A stretch of 63,612 nucleotides of DNA, the filler included, from Octopus bimaculoides (taxonomy: Eukaryota), in NCBI RefSeq assembly GCF_001194135.2. It is 4 parts of 4 records of this genome, joined end to end, with 100 filler letters (N's around TTAATTAATTAA, not from the genome) between each part and the next. Parts side by side here need not be neighbours in the genome. Positions count along the whole stretch, not along the records: positions 24,545 to 52,266 come from NC_068989.1; 3 more parts are not named here. One strand, given 5' to 3'. Position numbers and translations under genes: made by a program. This document shows, one piece after another, positions 24,545-36,810 of this stretch; position 1 is the stretch's first letter; every line of letters begins with the position of its first letter. The notes under the pieces are model-generated. The model worked only from the letters and a program-made list of their open reading frames with translations, made no database searches and was not told the origin of the DNA.

Positions 24545-25408
24545 TATATTCTTTTATTCTTTTATTTGTTTCAGTCATTTGACTGCGGCCATGCTGGAGC
24601 ACCGCCTTTAGTCAAACACATCGACCTCAGGACTTATTCTTTGTAAGCCTAGTACTTATTCTATCGGTTTCTTGTGCCGAACCGCTAGATTACAGGGACA
24701 TAAACACACCAACATCGGTGGGGGAGACTAACAGACATACACACACACATGTATGTGTGTGTGTGTATGTGTGTATGTATGTATATGTATGTGTGTGTGT
24801 GTGACCTACCCACAGCTCGACAACGAAAGGTATTCCACCATTTTTGAAGACGATAGAGGAAGAATTGGCTACGACTCCTTGCATGTTGGTAGTGATGGTG
24901 GTGGCGGTGGAACTAACGTTGATCGTAGTAGGTGGCGCTGGTAGCGATGGTGGTGACGATAATGAAGCTGGCGATGGTAAATCTGATTAACGATCACTGA
25001 GATGACGGAGAAGATGCTAGTGGTGGTGGTCATGGTGATGACGCCGACGGCAGGAGTGGTGGTAATGATGATGATGATGATGAAAATGTTGGTGGTGGTT
25101 GTGGTGGTGGTGGTGGAAGTGGGAGGGGATGTTTGTGATGGTTGTAGTATTAATAAACCTTTCTTCTACAGGCACAATGCCTGAAATTTGGGGGTGGGGA
25201 TGGTCGATTGCGTCGACCCCAGTGTTCAACTGGTACTTATTTTTATGGACACCCCGAAGGAATGAAAGACAAAATCGACCTTGCCGGAATTTGAACTCAG
25301 AACGTGAAGACGGACGAAGCATTTTACCCGGCGCTCTAACGATTCTGCCAAATACTGGTAATGAAGAATTGGACGACGACGACGACGACGACGACGATTG
25401 TAGAAGAA

Positions 25409-25442
<34 letters not shown>

Positions 25443-25633
25443 GTTGTGAAGCTGGTAGCGATGTTGATGGTAATGATGTTGATGATGAGAGTGGATTAAG
25501 CTGCTGGTAGTAGTAGTAGTAGTGGTAGTGATAATGGCAGTGGTTGATTTTCTTAAACATTGTTATTATGATACTGTTGTTGTAGTTGTTGTTACGATCT
25601 TAATTGAAGCCATTGTTGTTGCTTCTGTTCTTG

Positions 25634-26240
25634 TTTAGCCACATTTCAGCTCTGTGATCAAGCAAATCTATAATTAAAGGCGTTCCACCCATGCCCTTCC
25701 GGTTATTTTTCTAATTCACACTCAGTGTATTAAAAATGACAGTATCCAATTCTTTTTTAAACGATAGGTTACCATTTATAGAAGATTTGACTGCTATTTC
25801 TAACGGGTCGCGTGTACTTGTTATTGAGGTTGGTGTTTTACCCCAGGTCAGTCCTGACTGAGCAAATCTATGATCAAAGGCGTTCCAGTCGTGACCATCG
25901 CGTCTTTTTCTTATATGCAGGGAACCCGGGACAATAGTATCCAATGTGTCACTTTTTAAGACGCTGGTGTGTGATTACTAAGAGATTTGACTGCTATTTC
26001 TAGCAAATGTTGTGACGACCTAGAAACTCCTTCGTTGGTTCGTGGTCGATATTGTTTTTTTTTTGGTGGTGGCGGTGTTGGCGGGATTATGGTTGCTGTT
26101 GCCTAACCCCTGGTCAGCTTTGATATAGCATACCCTAAGATCGAAGGCGTTCTAAAACCATGACCATCCTGTCTCTTATTGAGACATAATGCTTCTAAGA
26201 CAATACACTAAGTTGAAAGAGATTTAGCTGCTATCAGTAG
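25634..26240 (+). repeat. Three consecutive diverged copies of a roughly 200-250-bp interspersed repeat
   Basis: Motifs GTTTAGCC..GGTCAG, TATGATCAAAGGCGTTCCA..GACCATC and GATTTGACTGCTATTTCTA recur three times, and again at 27284-27450, 28510-28570 and 29115-29290. Confidence 0.7.
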
Positions 26241-26417
26241 CGTGAAGGGGGGAGGCTGAGGGTGCGGCCCGTCCCAGGAGACATTTTTATGGGGGCGCTA
26301 CTGAGGGGTCTGCTGTAGAAGCCTGTATAGAAGACAGGGGGTGCGGTGACGATAAACTCAAGGGCTGCCCTGGTGGCGCTCACAGTAGCGAGGCCAGTGC
26401 CAAAGCTATATATAGAG

Positions 26418-26870
26418 CAGTCATGGGCAAAACTGCGGCCCGCGGGACTTTGTGAATGGGTTGCCTACCATAATAACCATAATTCTGCCTACCATAATTC
26501 TGTTAGTGATATGGCTCACCAGTTAATGTTCCATGTCCTATGCGGCCTTCTTCTCGAGAAAGGTCCCTCATGGTATTTTGTTGTTGATCCAGCAGACCAA
26601 TATCCAAAGATATTCCAGATGACTATATAGTCTCACTTTCAGGTATTGTGCACCTAGGGGTACATTATCTCAATTTACTTCGTTTTTGTGAGAGATTTGT
26701 TGTTTCCGGCAACTTTTTTCTGACGCTGTTGATCAGTCATGGGCAAACTGCGGCCCGCGGGATTTTTATAAATGGCAAGCCTAAGGAAAAACTATCTTGA
26801 ATTTTTGAAGTAGTACGGCCTGTCTGATGATTAGTCAGGTCTCATGCGGCCCGCTTCTCAAATTGAGGGT
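26418..26870 (+). mobile_element. hAT-like MITE fragments
   Basis: Two direct copies of CAGTCATGGGCAAA(A)CTGCGGCCCGCGG (about 26418 and 26735), resembling hAT/Charlie-type termini. Confidence 0.5.
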
Positions 26871-28689
26871 ACCCCTTACTTACCGTAGAGGGTTCACCGT
26901 TGCTTCGTTATGTTGTTGTTGCTGCGATGTTTACATTAGAGAGGATACAATGCTGCTGAGGTTGTTGACTCTGCTGCCGATAGAAGAAGTAGCAGTAGCA
27001 GCAGCAGCAGTAGTAGTAGTGGTAGCAGCGGCAGCATTGCAGGTATGTGGTAGTGGTGATTGTTGAAGGAATAGCGCAGGTGGTTGATTGTTCTAANNNN
27101 NNNNNNNNNNNNNNNNNNNNNNNNNNNNNNNNNNNNNNNNNNNNNNNNNNNNNNNNNNNNNNNAGTAGTAGCGGCAGCAATAGCAGCAGTAGTAGTAGTA
27201 GCAGTAGTGGTATAATGAGGATGTTGAAGATGATGTTGCTTGCACTGTTTTAATTGTAATTACTGACATGCTGTTGTTGCCGTTTAGCCCTTGGTCAGTC
27301 CTAAACCAGGAAATTTACAATCATTCCACGATCATTCCGTCTTTTCAGATATTTGTCTCGATCTAACATTACACAATATATCTTACTCCTTTTAAACCGG
27401 TGATTTGAGGAATATTTGCTGCTATTTCTACCTGCCCAAGCGCCTACGTAAGGCTTCATCGTTGGTTCATTTACATGTTGTTGTTGTTATAGCTGCTGTT
27501 GCTGGTGTTGTTATTTTTATAACGTGCTTTCACTTCACTACCGAGCGCAGCTCTGTGCGCCTTGGGTATGTGCTGTGGTTTGCTGTGGTGCTCTTATGGT
27601 TACTGTATTGAAAGTGGCCATAAGAGCACCTATTATTATTATTGAGGCAGCGAGCTGGCAGAAACGTAATGCTTAGCGGTATTTCGTCTGTCTTTACGTT
27701 CTGAGTTCAAATTCCGCCGAGGTCGACTTTGCCTTTCATTCTTTCGGGGGTCGATAAATTAAGTACCAGTTGTGTACTGGGGTCGATCTAATCGACTGCC
27801 CTCCTCCCCAAAATTTCGGGCCTTGAGTAGGAAAAGATATAATCGACTTAACCCCTTCCCCAAAACTGCCGCCCTTGTGGCAAAATTTGAAACCACTATC
27901 ATTATTATTAAGGCGGCGGGCTGGCAGGATTGTTACATTCTGCCGTTACATTCTGAGTTCAAATTCCACCGGGGTCGACTTTGCCTTTCATCCCTCGAGG
28001 TCGATGTAATCGACTTAACCCCTCCTCTAAATTTGAGGTCAGGCATCACGAGCAAACCACCATAGCTTCACGTGGTCGGTCTGTTAACTTACCAATCAGC
28101 GTGAGGCAATGGCGTGGACAGGCTTCCTCGAACATTCTAGAATTTGAGCTCCGGTTCCCGGCGCACATTTTAACCATCCAGACGACCTTGAGAGGCGGCA
28201 AAGACAAATGGCGCAGACAGATGACAAGAACCATCGTCGCTACGAATACAGCATAAGGTACAGCATTGAAATCTGCGTATATTGCACTCTGTTTCCTGTT
28301 TAGAGAAACCATCTGATGTGTGTTAGCAGGGAAAGTGACACTCACGGGCATGTTTCGGTATAATTAATCCTCATTAGTGAACCAATCTTCTTCAGCCAGT
28401 TTTAATGATTAGAAAAAACAGCGCGTGACCTTGTTGATGTCGTCGTCGTCGTCGTCACCGCTGCTGCCGTCCTCACTCTTATTTGTGTTGTTGCTGCAGC
28501 TATCTAGCAGCTGCCTTGGTTAGCACTGATCGTGCTGATCAAAGGAGTTCCGGACGTGACCATCTCGTTTTCCTTCTTTTTTTTTATCAGGCATATTGTA
28601 TGTAAATCAAAAATCAAAAATAAAAACCAGGAAAAACAACAAAAGTTACAAGGACATACACAGTGAATGTATTAGAGTGATGTGGGTGT

Positions 28690-28716
28690 GACGTTTCGAG
28701 CATGGCTCTTCGTCAG
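28690..28716 (-). ncRNA. Minimal type I hammerhead ribozyme core (Penelope terminal-repeat type), weak stem I
   Basis: Minus: CUGACGA-A-GAGC-CAU-GCUC-GAA-ACGU-C; intact core, 4-bp stem II, palindromic ACGU in place of stem III. Confidence 0.55.
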
Positions 28717-29576
28717 AAAGAGGAAAGAAGAAAAAGTCTAAAGAGAAGGAAAAGGAAAGACTGAGAAAAGTACGTGACTCGTTACATGGTTGAAAAATAA
28801 CTATTGTACGTAGATCTTCATTATCCAGTCCAGTGTGTCGTCTCTTCGTTAAGACTTTAAGGTTTGATTTAACGGTTAACTGGTTACTATTTCCAGCAGA
28901 TCCTACAGATACGTTGGCGCCTTGTTATTGTCGCTAATGCTATTGCTGCTACTGGGGCTGACATCGCTATTGATGTTGCTATGTTGTTGCTAACATTATT
29001 ATTGTAACTACAATGGCATTTGTTACCATTGTTGCAAATCCAGGTGTTGCAAACATTACTCCCATTACGCTTATCGTTTTTTTTTTACTGTGGTTTTGTT
29101 GTTGTTGTTGATGTTTAGCTCAAGTTCAACTTTCAAGTCAACTTAGAGTCACGACGTTCCAGTCGTGACGAACCGTCATTTATATACCGAGGGCTGCGTA
29201 GCTCAATATGCCACTCCTGTTTCCAAGACGGTATGCTGAGGGAGGTTTAGTTGCCATGTCTAGCAGGTCAAGCAGTTAAATAGAAGCCAGCTCGTTGGCT
29301 TGTTTTAGTTATGTTTGTTCTTGTTGCTACTGTGGTCGTTTTGGTGCTGTGACTTTAGTTGTTTCGTTGCTGCTGTTGTTGTTGTTGTCGTTAATCTGGA
29401 AGAAGTTGCTGCTGCAATTCTGGCGACTGGTCTTGTTATTGCAGTTGTCGTTGTCATAACCATTACAATCCTCCACGCCCACCTCTCTTCTCGTCATCAT
29501 CGTCGTCGTCACCACCACCACCACCACCACCACCACCACCTTCTTCTTCTTCTTCTTCTTCATCATCATCATCTTC

Positions 29577-29615
<39 letters not shown>

Positions 29616-31429
29616 GTCATCNNNNNNNNNNNNNNNNNNNNNNNNNNNNNNNNNNNNNNNNNNNNNNNNNNNNNNNNNNNNNNNNNNNNNNNNNNNNNNN
29701 NNNNNNNNNNNNNNNNNNNNNNNNNNNNNNNNNNACCACCACCACCACCACCACCACCACCATCACCACCACCTCCATCATCATCATCATCATCATATAA
29801 CTATTACCATTTATGTTATTGGTGCTATTATCATCACACCAAAGGTTCAAAATGATTTATCACATTTGAGCTATATACACCCTCACATCAACACATGCAA
29901 AAACATATGCATGCACACATAAAAAACACACACACACACATGCACATGCATACACGTGCACGCGCGCACGCACACTCACAAACATTTCGCAACTGCTTCC
30001 AATCTTATTGCTGAAATGGAAATAGCGGATGAATGTGTTTGACTCACGTACATATGTCATACATTAACACACACACACGCGCGCGCGCGCGCATGAATGC
30101 ACATAGATACACATTCACTCATGCACACATACAAACACAATGACACATACACACATACGCACACACACGCGCACATGCAGACATACACACGCACATACAC
30201 ACAGACACACACATATACATACAACACATACACACTCTTTCTTATGAGAATACACTCACTCACGTACACACATCCACATATAGTAAAGTGCATGTGTAAC
30301 ACTCACAAACAAGTATATTTGCACGCATGTACACATGCAACACACGCAACACGCATATCACTTCCGCTATTAACCTATGGGGTGTGGAGGGAGCGATGAG
30401 GGCGAGAGAATCGTGTTATTTGCTGAAAGAAATATCAAAGATCTACAACGAAGAGATAATAGAGAAGAAAATGGCGGCCACCATGAATGGAAAGAACAGA
30501 GAAGTTGACTTTGATGGGGGTCAGTTACAGCTCCCCCACCGCCCGCTCTGACAAAACGTCCGGAAAAAAACATACCTACTACTACTACTACTACTTGTAA
30601 TAACGATTTCTTTATCACTGTTTGTAACTTAGACACAAGGCTAGCAATTGTGGGAGGAAGGGGTTTGTCGATTAGATCAACTCCAGTACTTGACTGGCAC
30701 AACATCTTATCGTTTCCTGAAGGATGATAGTGCGAAAATCAATTTGTCACCCACTTACAAAAGGGTGAGAAACTTCTACATAGATGGAAGCCCACCTGAT
30801 CCTACCCATTTGGCGATCGAGCCCTGATCCTTCAAGGTAGGATCAGGCGCTCACCTCAACTCTCACCATGTTCCATTTCCATAATTTCTCTTGAAATAAA
30901 CTACCTTAATTTCAATTAGTTTTGAAAACACACGTATAAATATAGTAGAACAACCCTACCACCATCAAACCGGACCCCGGAACACAAGTTAACATGAAAT
31001 TTTGATGGAAGGTTTTTCGAATCTGTTTGTCAGCATCTTCCATTTTGGCCGAATCCCTTCATATCCTTTGGATGTTGCAACTTAATCTTTTCATAAATTT
31101 GTTGTGGGTCTTCACCCATACTTTATCATTTTGGAATTGCATGTACTCGACTCTAATTTACTTAAGACAGTATTTCCCTCATCCTACTTTCGGTCTTTCA
31201 AGATCTTCATACACTTCTCGTCTGTGGTTCGACAACCATGCAGCTCAGGCATTGTGGGTGGATAGGCAATCTTCCTTAGTGATGGTGGGTCTCTTAATAA
31301 CCTATTTGTTTTCAGACCCATTCTTATTGTTCTGGAGAGTTTTCCTTCCTTATCCAGAAAGATTGTCTTGTGCAAAAGAAAGAGGCCCTTTGGTTCCTCG
31401 GTGCCTTTCCTCGTCGATTCCTGGTGCTG

Positions 31430-32480
31430 GATTTACTAAATTAAATATGGAACATGGAGGATGTTGCACTAACATTTGATGTTCCAACAAACAAAGCTGC
31501 AAGTGCCAAATGTTATAAAACAGTCTTAATATAAGCCACTGGTCATGAAAATATACATTATAGTTCTGGCTTGTTGTGCTCATGGCACAGATCTGTCACC
31601 GTTTTTAATATTAAATAGAAAATCTTAGCTTAAATAGGAAAAGTCAACGAGTTGCTTTCGTCCATGCTCACCCAAAAAAGGCTGAATAGATGAAGCTGGA
31701 CTGATTCTGGTCTCAATAATGTGTGGGCAAGATATGCTGGTGGACTCTTACGGAAACCACCTTTTGCGGTTTGGGATCAGCTCGGAGAACACAGGAATGG
31801 TATTGGTCTTGTGTACTCAGAGAAAATGGCAAAATTGAAAACCCAATTAGCTGTCGTCTCTTGTGGACTGACGAGTAAGCATACGAGGACATCACTATTA
31901 CACAGGTGTTTGAGTTAATAAATAAAATCTGGAGAAAATGTAAAAACTGAAATAATAGTCAAGTCTTTTCAGAAGTGTGGAATTAGTTACGCCTTTGCTA
32001 CTACCGAAGAATATGCATTATTTGAGGACAGTTGCGGATCAATATGGACCTAGTCAACGACCATTGTTTAGTTTTTTTATCGACCTTGAGTTTATCCTTT
32101 AGCTGATCACCAGACACCCATAATTTTTTTTCTGCTAATAATGTTCCCCACCCCCAAAAGAAACCTGCCGTTGCACTGTAACATACTCAATCACCTTTAA
32201 TTTAAAGCCAATAATGTGACTTAATCGCTTGCTTTCTGCAGCCATATTCCCATAAGTAAAATGCTGTAAACACTTAAACCAGTCTGGTGCGGTTCGGTGT
32301 TGTATATATCAGACAGTGTAATCCGTTTTGTTATGATCATGAACTCATTGATCATACAAAAATATCCAAACTACAATAGGAACGCCAAATACACGAAATG
32401 GCAAACGATCAAGAGTAGTAGTGATGACGAGGTTTTAGGCTTTGATGATGAATTCTGTGGCTTTGAAGAGGGTTAAAGAT
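31430..32480 (+). mobile_element. pogo-family DDE transposase remnant
   Basis: IWNMEDVALTFDVP.NK...KTVLI.ATGHE, VLACCAHGT.LSPFLI, VWARYAGGLLRKP....WDQ, IVKSFQKCGIS, acidic tail. Confidence 0.8.
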
Positions 32481-33925
32481 TTTGTTAAAAAGCACTAACG
32501 TTTTCCCCATTTTCTTACAGTGTTTTTGTTGATATTCAACTGTACTGTTTGCTTTTGCAATGCTATGTTAGGCTATTCATGTAGGATATTTTAATTGTAA
32601 ATGACCTGTTCGTTTGTTGTGATTTTTTTCTTATATTCTATTATTCTGGTAGCTTGTTATTTTATATACAGTAATGTTTATTGCTATAACTAACGTGCTC
32701 TTGTAATGTTTTATTACTGGAGGCTCTTGATGTAGAATATTTTAACTATTGTGCTCTTCTGAATTATGTTCAACTGTACTGGTAGCTTGCTTTTTATGAA
32801 CATTAATGTCTCTGCTATAGCTAAGCCGCATCTGTTTTCGTTTTTTAAATTACAATATTATTATTAAAATGGCTTTTCTGCTGTCCAAGTTGCACATTTT
32901 GTTAATTATTTTGCTACTCTACAGAGTTCAATAAACATTGAATGCTTAAACACACTAAAAATATATTTTTTTTTAAATGTTGTGTGTTGTAGAAGCTCAT
33001 GCATTTCATATTCCATCAAATACGGTAGTTAAGATTTAAACTTAAAAACGACTTCTGATCAAAAAACTATTCCGTTTCATTTGAATGGGCTTTTCAGTTG
33101 TATAAACAGTGGGGGTACCCATATCTGAACGGTTCTCTAAACGAACAATTTGGTTAACGAACGGTTTTCCTGGTGGAAATTAAACTCGTATAACGAGCTG
33201 AAAATTGATCAATAAACCATGAACAGACGACGGACGCATATAAGTGACTGGGAGTCTATTCTCTTAATGAGTTATTGATGGATGGACAGATGAACCTTAT
33301 TTCATGCCTTTACGTGAAGTTGGGTGTGGCTTGGAAAGGATTACTTCTGTTTATGTGTATTTCAGTCACTCATATCACGAATAATTCGGTTAGCGAACAG
33401 GGCTCCGAAACAGATAATGTTCGTATTTAGAAACCCCACAGTATTTGAAAGCAAAAGTTTTAAAAAGGTTTCAAAATAAGAAAGAATCACTTTATATGTT
33501 TAGGAATAGCAAGAAATTATAGGGAAAGCTGAACAGCTGAAGGTCATTAGAGAAGAAGCCCTATCATGCACATGTTTCGACCCTTAACTCATTACACCCT
33601 AAGGGAGCCGGGTCGCACCAAAATGATGACTCTTGGAATCAAGACACACTTCTAGTAACGAGATAAACTATTTGAAACAAATGTTTTTGAAGGTTTTAGT
33701 ATGAAACGGAATTACATAAAATATATGTTTATGGGCGCAAGCACGGACGTGTGACTAAGAAGCTCGCTTTACAACCACGTGGTTTCCGGTTGTCCACTGC
33801 GCAATACCTTAGGCAAGTGTGTTCTACTATAGTCCCGGAACGACCCATGCCTTGTGAGTGACTTTAGTAGACGAAAACTGTGTGGAAGTCCGTTGTTCAC
33901 ATATACGTATACAGACAATCATACA

Positions 33926-33956
<31 letters not shown>

Positions 33957-35570
33957 CCTGGGATATGTGACACACTGTCTAAATACCTATCTTGAGAAGT
34001 TAGGCTTCTCAAAACCAGAAAGGAAAAGGCTAATTCGAAGACTACAGATCCAATCCGTCACTAGAACTCTAAAAATCTGTAAAAATCTATAAAACTTACC
34101 AGACGTTTATCGTTTAAATACATATGAGCATTTCTAGATATACAACTATATGCATGAGAATACATACATAAAACATACATATCTGCACATACATACATAC
34201 ATACATACATACATACATACGTGCCTTGTTGATGTTGAAATTCCAATGAAGGAACCCTGGATCTAGGCTAGAAATCGGTTCTTTGTCTATTGGCAAGAAA
34301 TCTTGAAATAAATTGAATAACATACATACATGTGTGTGTGTGTGTGTGTTTGTCCCTTGCCGCCGTTTCACAACCGAGGTTGGCTCGCTTAAGTCCCCGT
34401 AGCCTAGTGGTTTTGGCAAAAGAGAATCAGTGGAATAAGTATCCTATTTAAATAAGTAATGGGGATCGATTTGTTCAGCTTCCAGTACAGCCGCAGTTCA
34501 ATGACTGAAACAAGTAGAAGATAAAAGATATTAAATGATAGAATAAATATAGAGAGAAAATGCGGTGAGATTGAGGGAAAAATAAAAAGAAAAGAGTTAG
34601 ATATATAAAAATGCAAGGACAGAGAGAAATATCGAGCGATAGGAATGGGAAGGAAAAAGAGGAAGTATGGACGTTTTCCAATGGTTTAAAGAAATATATT
34701 TTTCATAACAAGTGGTGCGCTTCTGGTAATCAAAAGGGGAGACAATCTCTTCTAGTTTTAAGTTGAGGCAGATAAAGTTTGGAATTTGTCTCTTATTTTT
34801 CTTATTATTTTTCGCTTTTATCATTCGTATATTTTTGCTTTAGCTAATAATTTCACAACGAGGTTTTCAGCTGATGAAACCTATTGAGGCACAAACACGT
34901 GTCCACGGCTGTCTTCTTATCTTATCTCCCACCCTTTCTCTCTTTATGTGTGTGTGTGTGTGTGTGTAGTCGATAATATTTTGAAAAGAAACGCGTTTCA
35001 TATTTAATTTCATATACATGTATATATACATACGTATGTGTTTGTGTCCGTGTGTGCGTCAAATTGATAAATCAAATAAAATAATTTACGATAAAAATTT
35101 CCTGTGTCATTTCCATTAAAAATCACATCTACTGCAGAGCCAAATCTCTCACTACATATCACCTATATTTGCGTCTCTCTGACTATCACTCACTCCTACT
35201 CCATTTGTTGTTTTAGTTTCCCTCTGCCTGCGTGACTGGAGTGTGAAACATATTGTGTTTTATTATATGTGATACATACTCATCGCAAAAAGCTGTGACA
35301 CGAGGAGATATTGATAAATCGGGTATAGCTGAACATGTATGGAAAAATGGAGACCACGTCCCCATGTGGGATGAAGTTAAAATAATAGACAGAGAACACC
35401 ACTGGAAAATACGAAAACTAAAAGAAGCAGCACATATGCTAGGACACAACAACCTCCTAAGCAGACCGAGTGCAGATATGAGCAGCATATGGGAACCGGT
35501 ATTAAGGAAGGATAGGAAAATATTAGATTTATAAGCCCTAAAATTCACTCCATAATTGCCCACGGGCATA

Positions 35571-35648
35571 TGGCGTAGTGGTTAAAAGCGTGGGCTAGTA
35601 ACCCCAAGATTCCAAGCAGTGACATCGAAAAATACCCAGGTTCGAAAT
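35571..35648 (+). promoter_or_regulatory. tRNA-like Pol III internal promoter (A box TGGCGTAGTGG 35571-35581; B-box-like GGTTCGAAAT 35639-35648)
   Basis: Matches to A- and B-box consensus, 57 nt apart. Confidence 0.55.
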
Positions 35649-35656
35649 TTCCCCGA

Positions 35657-35702
35657 GACACCTGAAGAAGGCTGGAGGGTATATCAGTCGAAACATTGTG
35701 TT
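35657..35702 (+). ncRNA. Minimal type I hammerhead ribozyme with one substitution at the cleavage triplet
   Basis: GACAC-CUGAAGA-A-GGCUG-(10-nt loop)-CAGUC-GAA-ACAU-U-GUGUU: 5-bp stem I (GACAC/GUGUU), 5-bp stem II and intact core; ACAU replaces the expected palindromic ACGU. Confidence 0.75.
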
Positions 35703-36339
35703 AACAACAAACAAGATGTTAACAACCAATATCCGTCGAATGTAAATAATGTACATACTCATTTGTTATAACCCCCCCCCCCCCAATCTGTTTAAATGTT
35801 CGTGTAAAGATGATTAATATAAAAAAAGAAACAGAAAACGAAAAACCAAAATATATTAAAAAGAAAGAAAAAAAGAGAAAGTAGCGCAGATAAAAAAAAC
35901 ACTTCAATATTTCTGCTGTTAAATTTTTTTGTAGCCACCATAATCCTTGAAAATAAATATACATCTATGTACAAGTGTGCACGTGTGCTTATATACAACA
36001 TATACATTCATACAAATGCGTGCGCGCGCACACACACATACGTACACACACATTCATGACTACGTTTCGTTTCCTTTGTTTTGTTCCTAATCTCATTCGT
36101 ACGTTTAATACTTTCCCAAATCGTACGTTTAATACTTTCCCAAATATAGCTTCTATATTATAATTACCATATTCGATGGCATAAAAGACACACGGCCATA
36201 TTAAGCCTGCCCCAATTTCGGCAGCGCATATTCAGGAAGAAACGTTTTTTTAGTGCATTAAATCATGTAATGTAGGCCCAAATTCTCATTCTTGGGGTGA
36301 AAAAAGTGCATCTTATATCTACTGCATATGTGGAAAATC

Positions 36340-36810
36340 AGTGTGTGTTTGTTTGTGGCGTTGTTAGCTAACTCCTTCCTACATTGTTTCATTGATTTTG
36401 ATGAAACTTGACACGTGAGTCGAACTCATGTCTAGAAATCTCGTGACATACTTAGATTGTTGAAAAAATCGATAATACGGTCCTTGGAAGGGACCTTTAT
36501 ATCTACCTCATATATCTAATTTTTTAAACACCAAAGCGAAATAACCCATAGCACCTGTCTAATATTTTTCTAAACACTCAAGGGAAATAATCCGTTTCAT
36601 TTCTTTGAATATTGATTTTTTGTGTGTCCAATTTCTAATTTTTGCAGACAATATCACTTTATTTGACACATGAGTAGAACTTATGTTTGGAAACCGCGTG
36701 ACATACTTAGATTATTGAAAAAATCAATAATAGGGCTACTCCAATGGATCCTTCTATCTACCACATATTACTAATATTTTATTTAAACAACCCAAGGGAA
36801 ATAATCCATA
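36340..36810 (+). mobile_element. Helentron-associated (HINE/DINE-like) non-autonomous element with an internal direct duplication
   Basis: GTGTTTGTTTGT...GATTTTGATGAAACTTG motif; TTGACAC.TGAGT.GAAC...GTGACATACTTAGATT.TTGAAAAAATC.ATAATA repeated at about 36408 and 36663. Confidence 0.5.

Larger units (their letters stand above)
24860..30320. repeat. Dense microsatellite zone: (GAT)n, (GTG)n, (GAC)n, (GTA)n, (CAT)n, (CAC)n, (CA)n
   Basis: Directly visible runs; source of many homopolymer pseudo-ORFs. Confidence 0.9.
35230..35760 (+). mobile_element. Penelope-like element 3' end (GIY-YIG C-terminus plus terminal repeat)
   Basis: KSGIAEHVWKNGDHVPMWDEVKIIDREHHWKIRKLKEAAHM...LLSRPS..MS.IW; stop at 35534, followed by a tRNA-like head and a hammerhead. 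Confidence 0.85.

Noticed and set aside
25634-26240. CRISPR-like regularly spaced repeats
   Set aside because: Eukaryotic context, long diverged units, irregular spacing and dispersed copies elsewhere; an ordinary interspersed repeat.
33560-33620. Possible hammerhead on the minus strand (GACCC...GGGUC-GAAACAUGU)
   Set aside because: The CUGANGA core is not recognisable (UUGGUGC); too degenerate to call.
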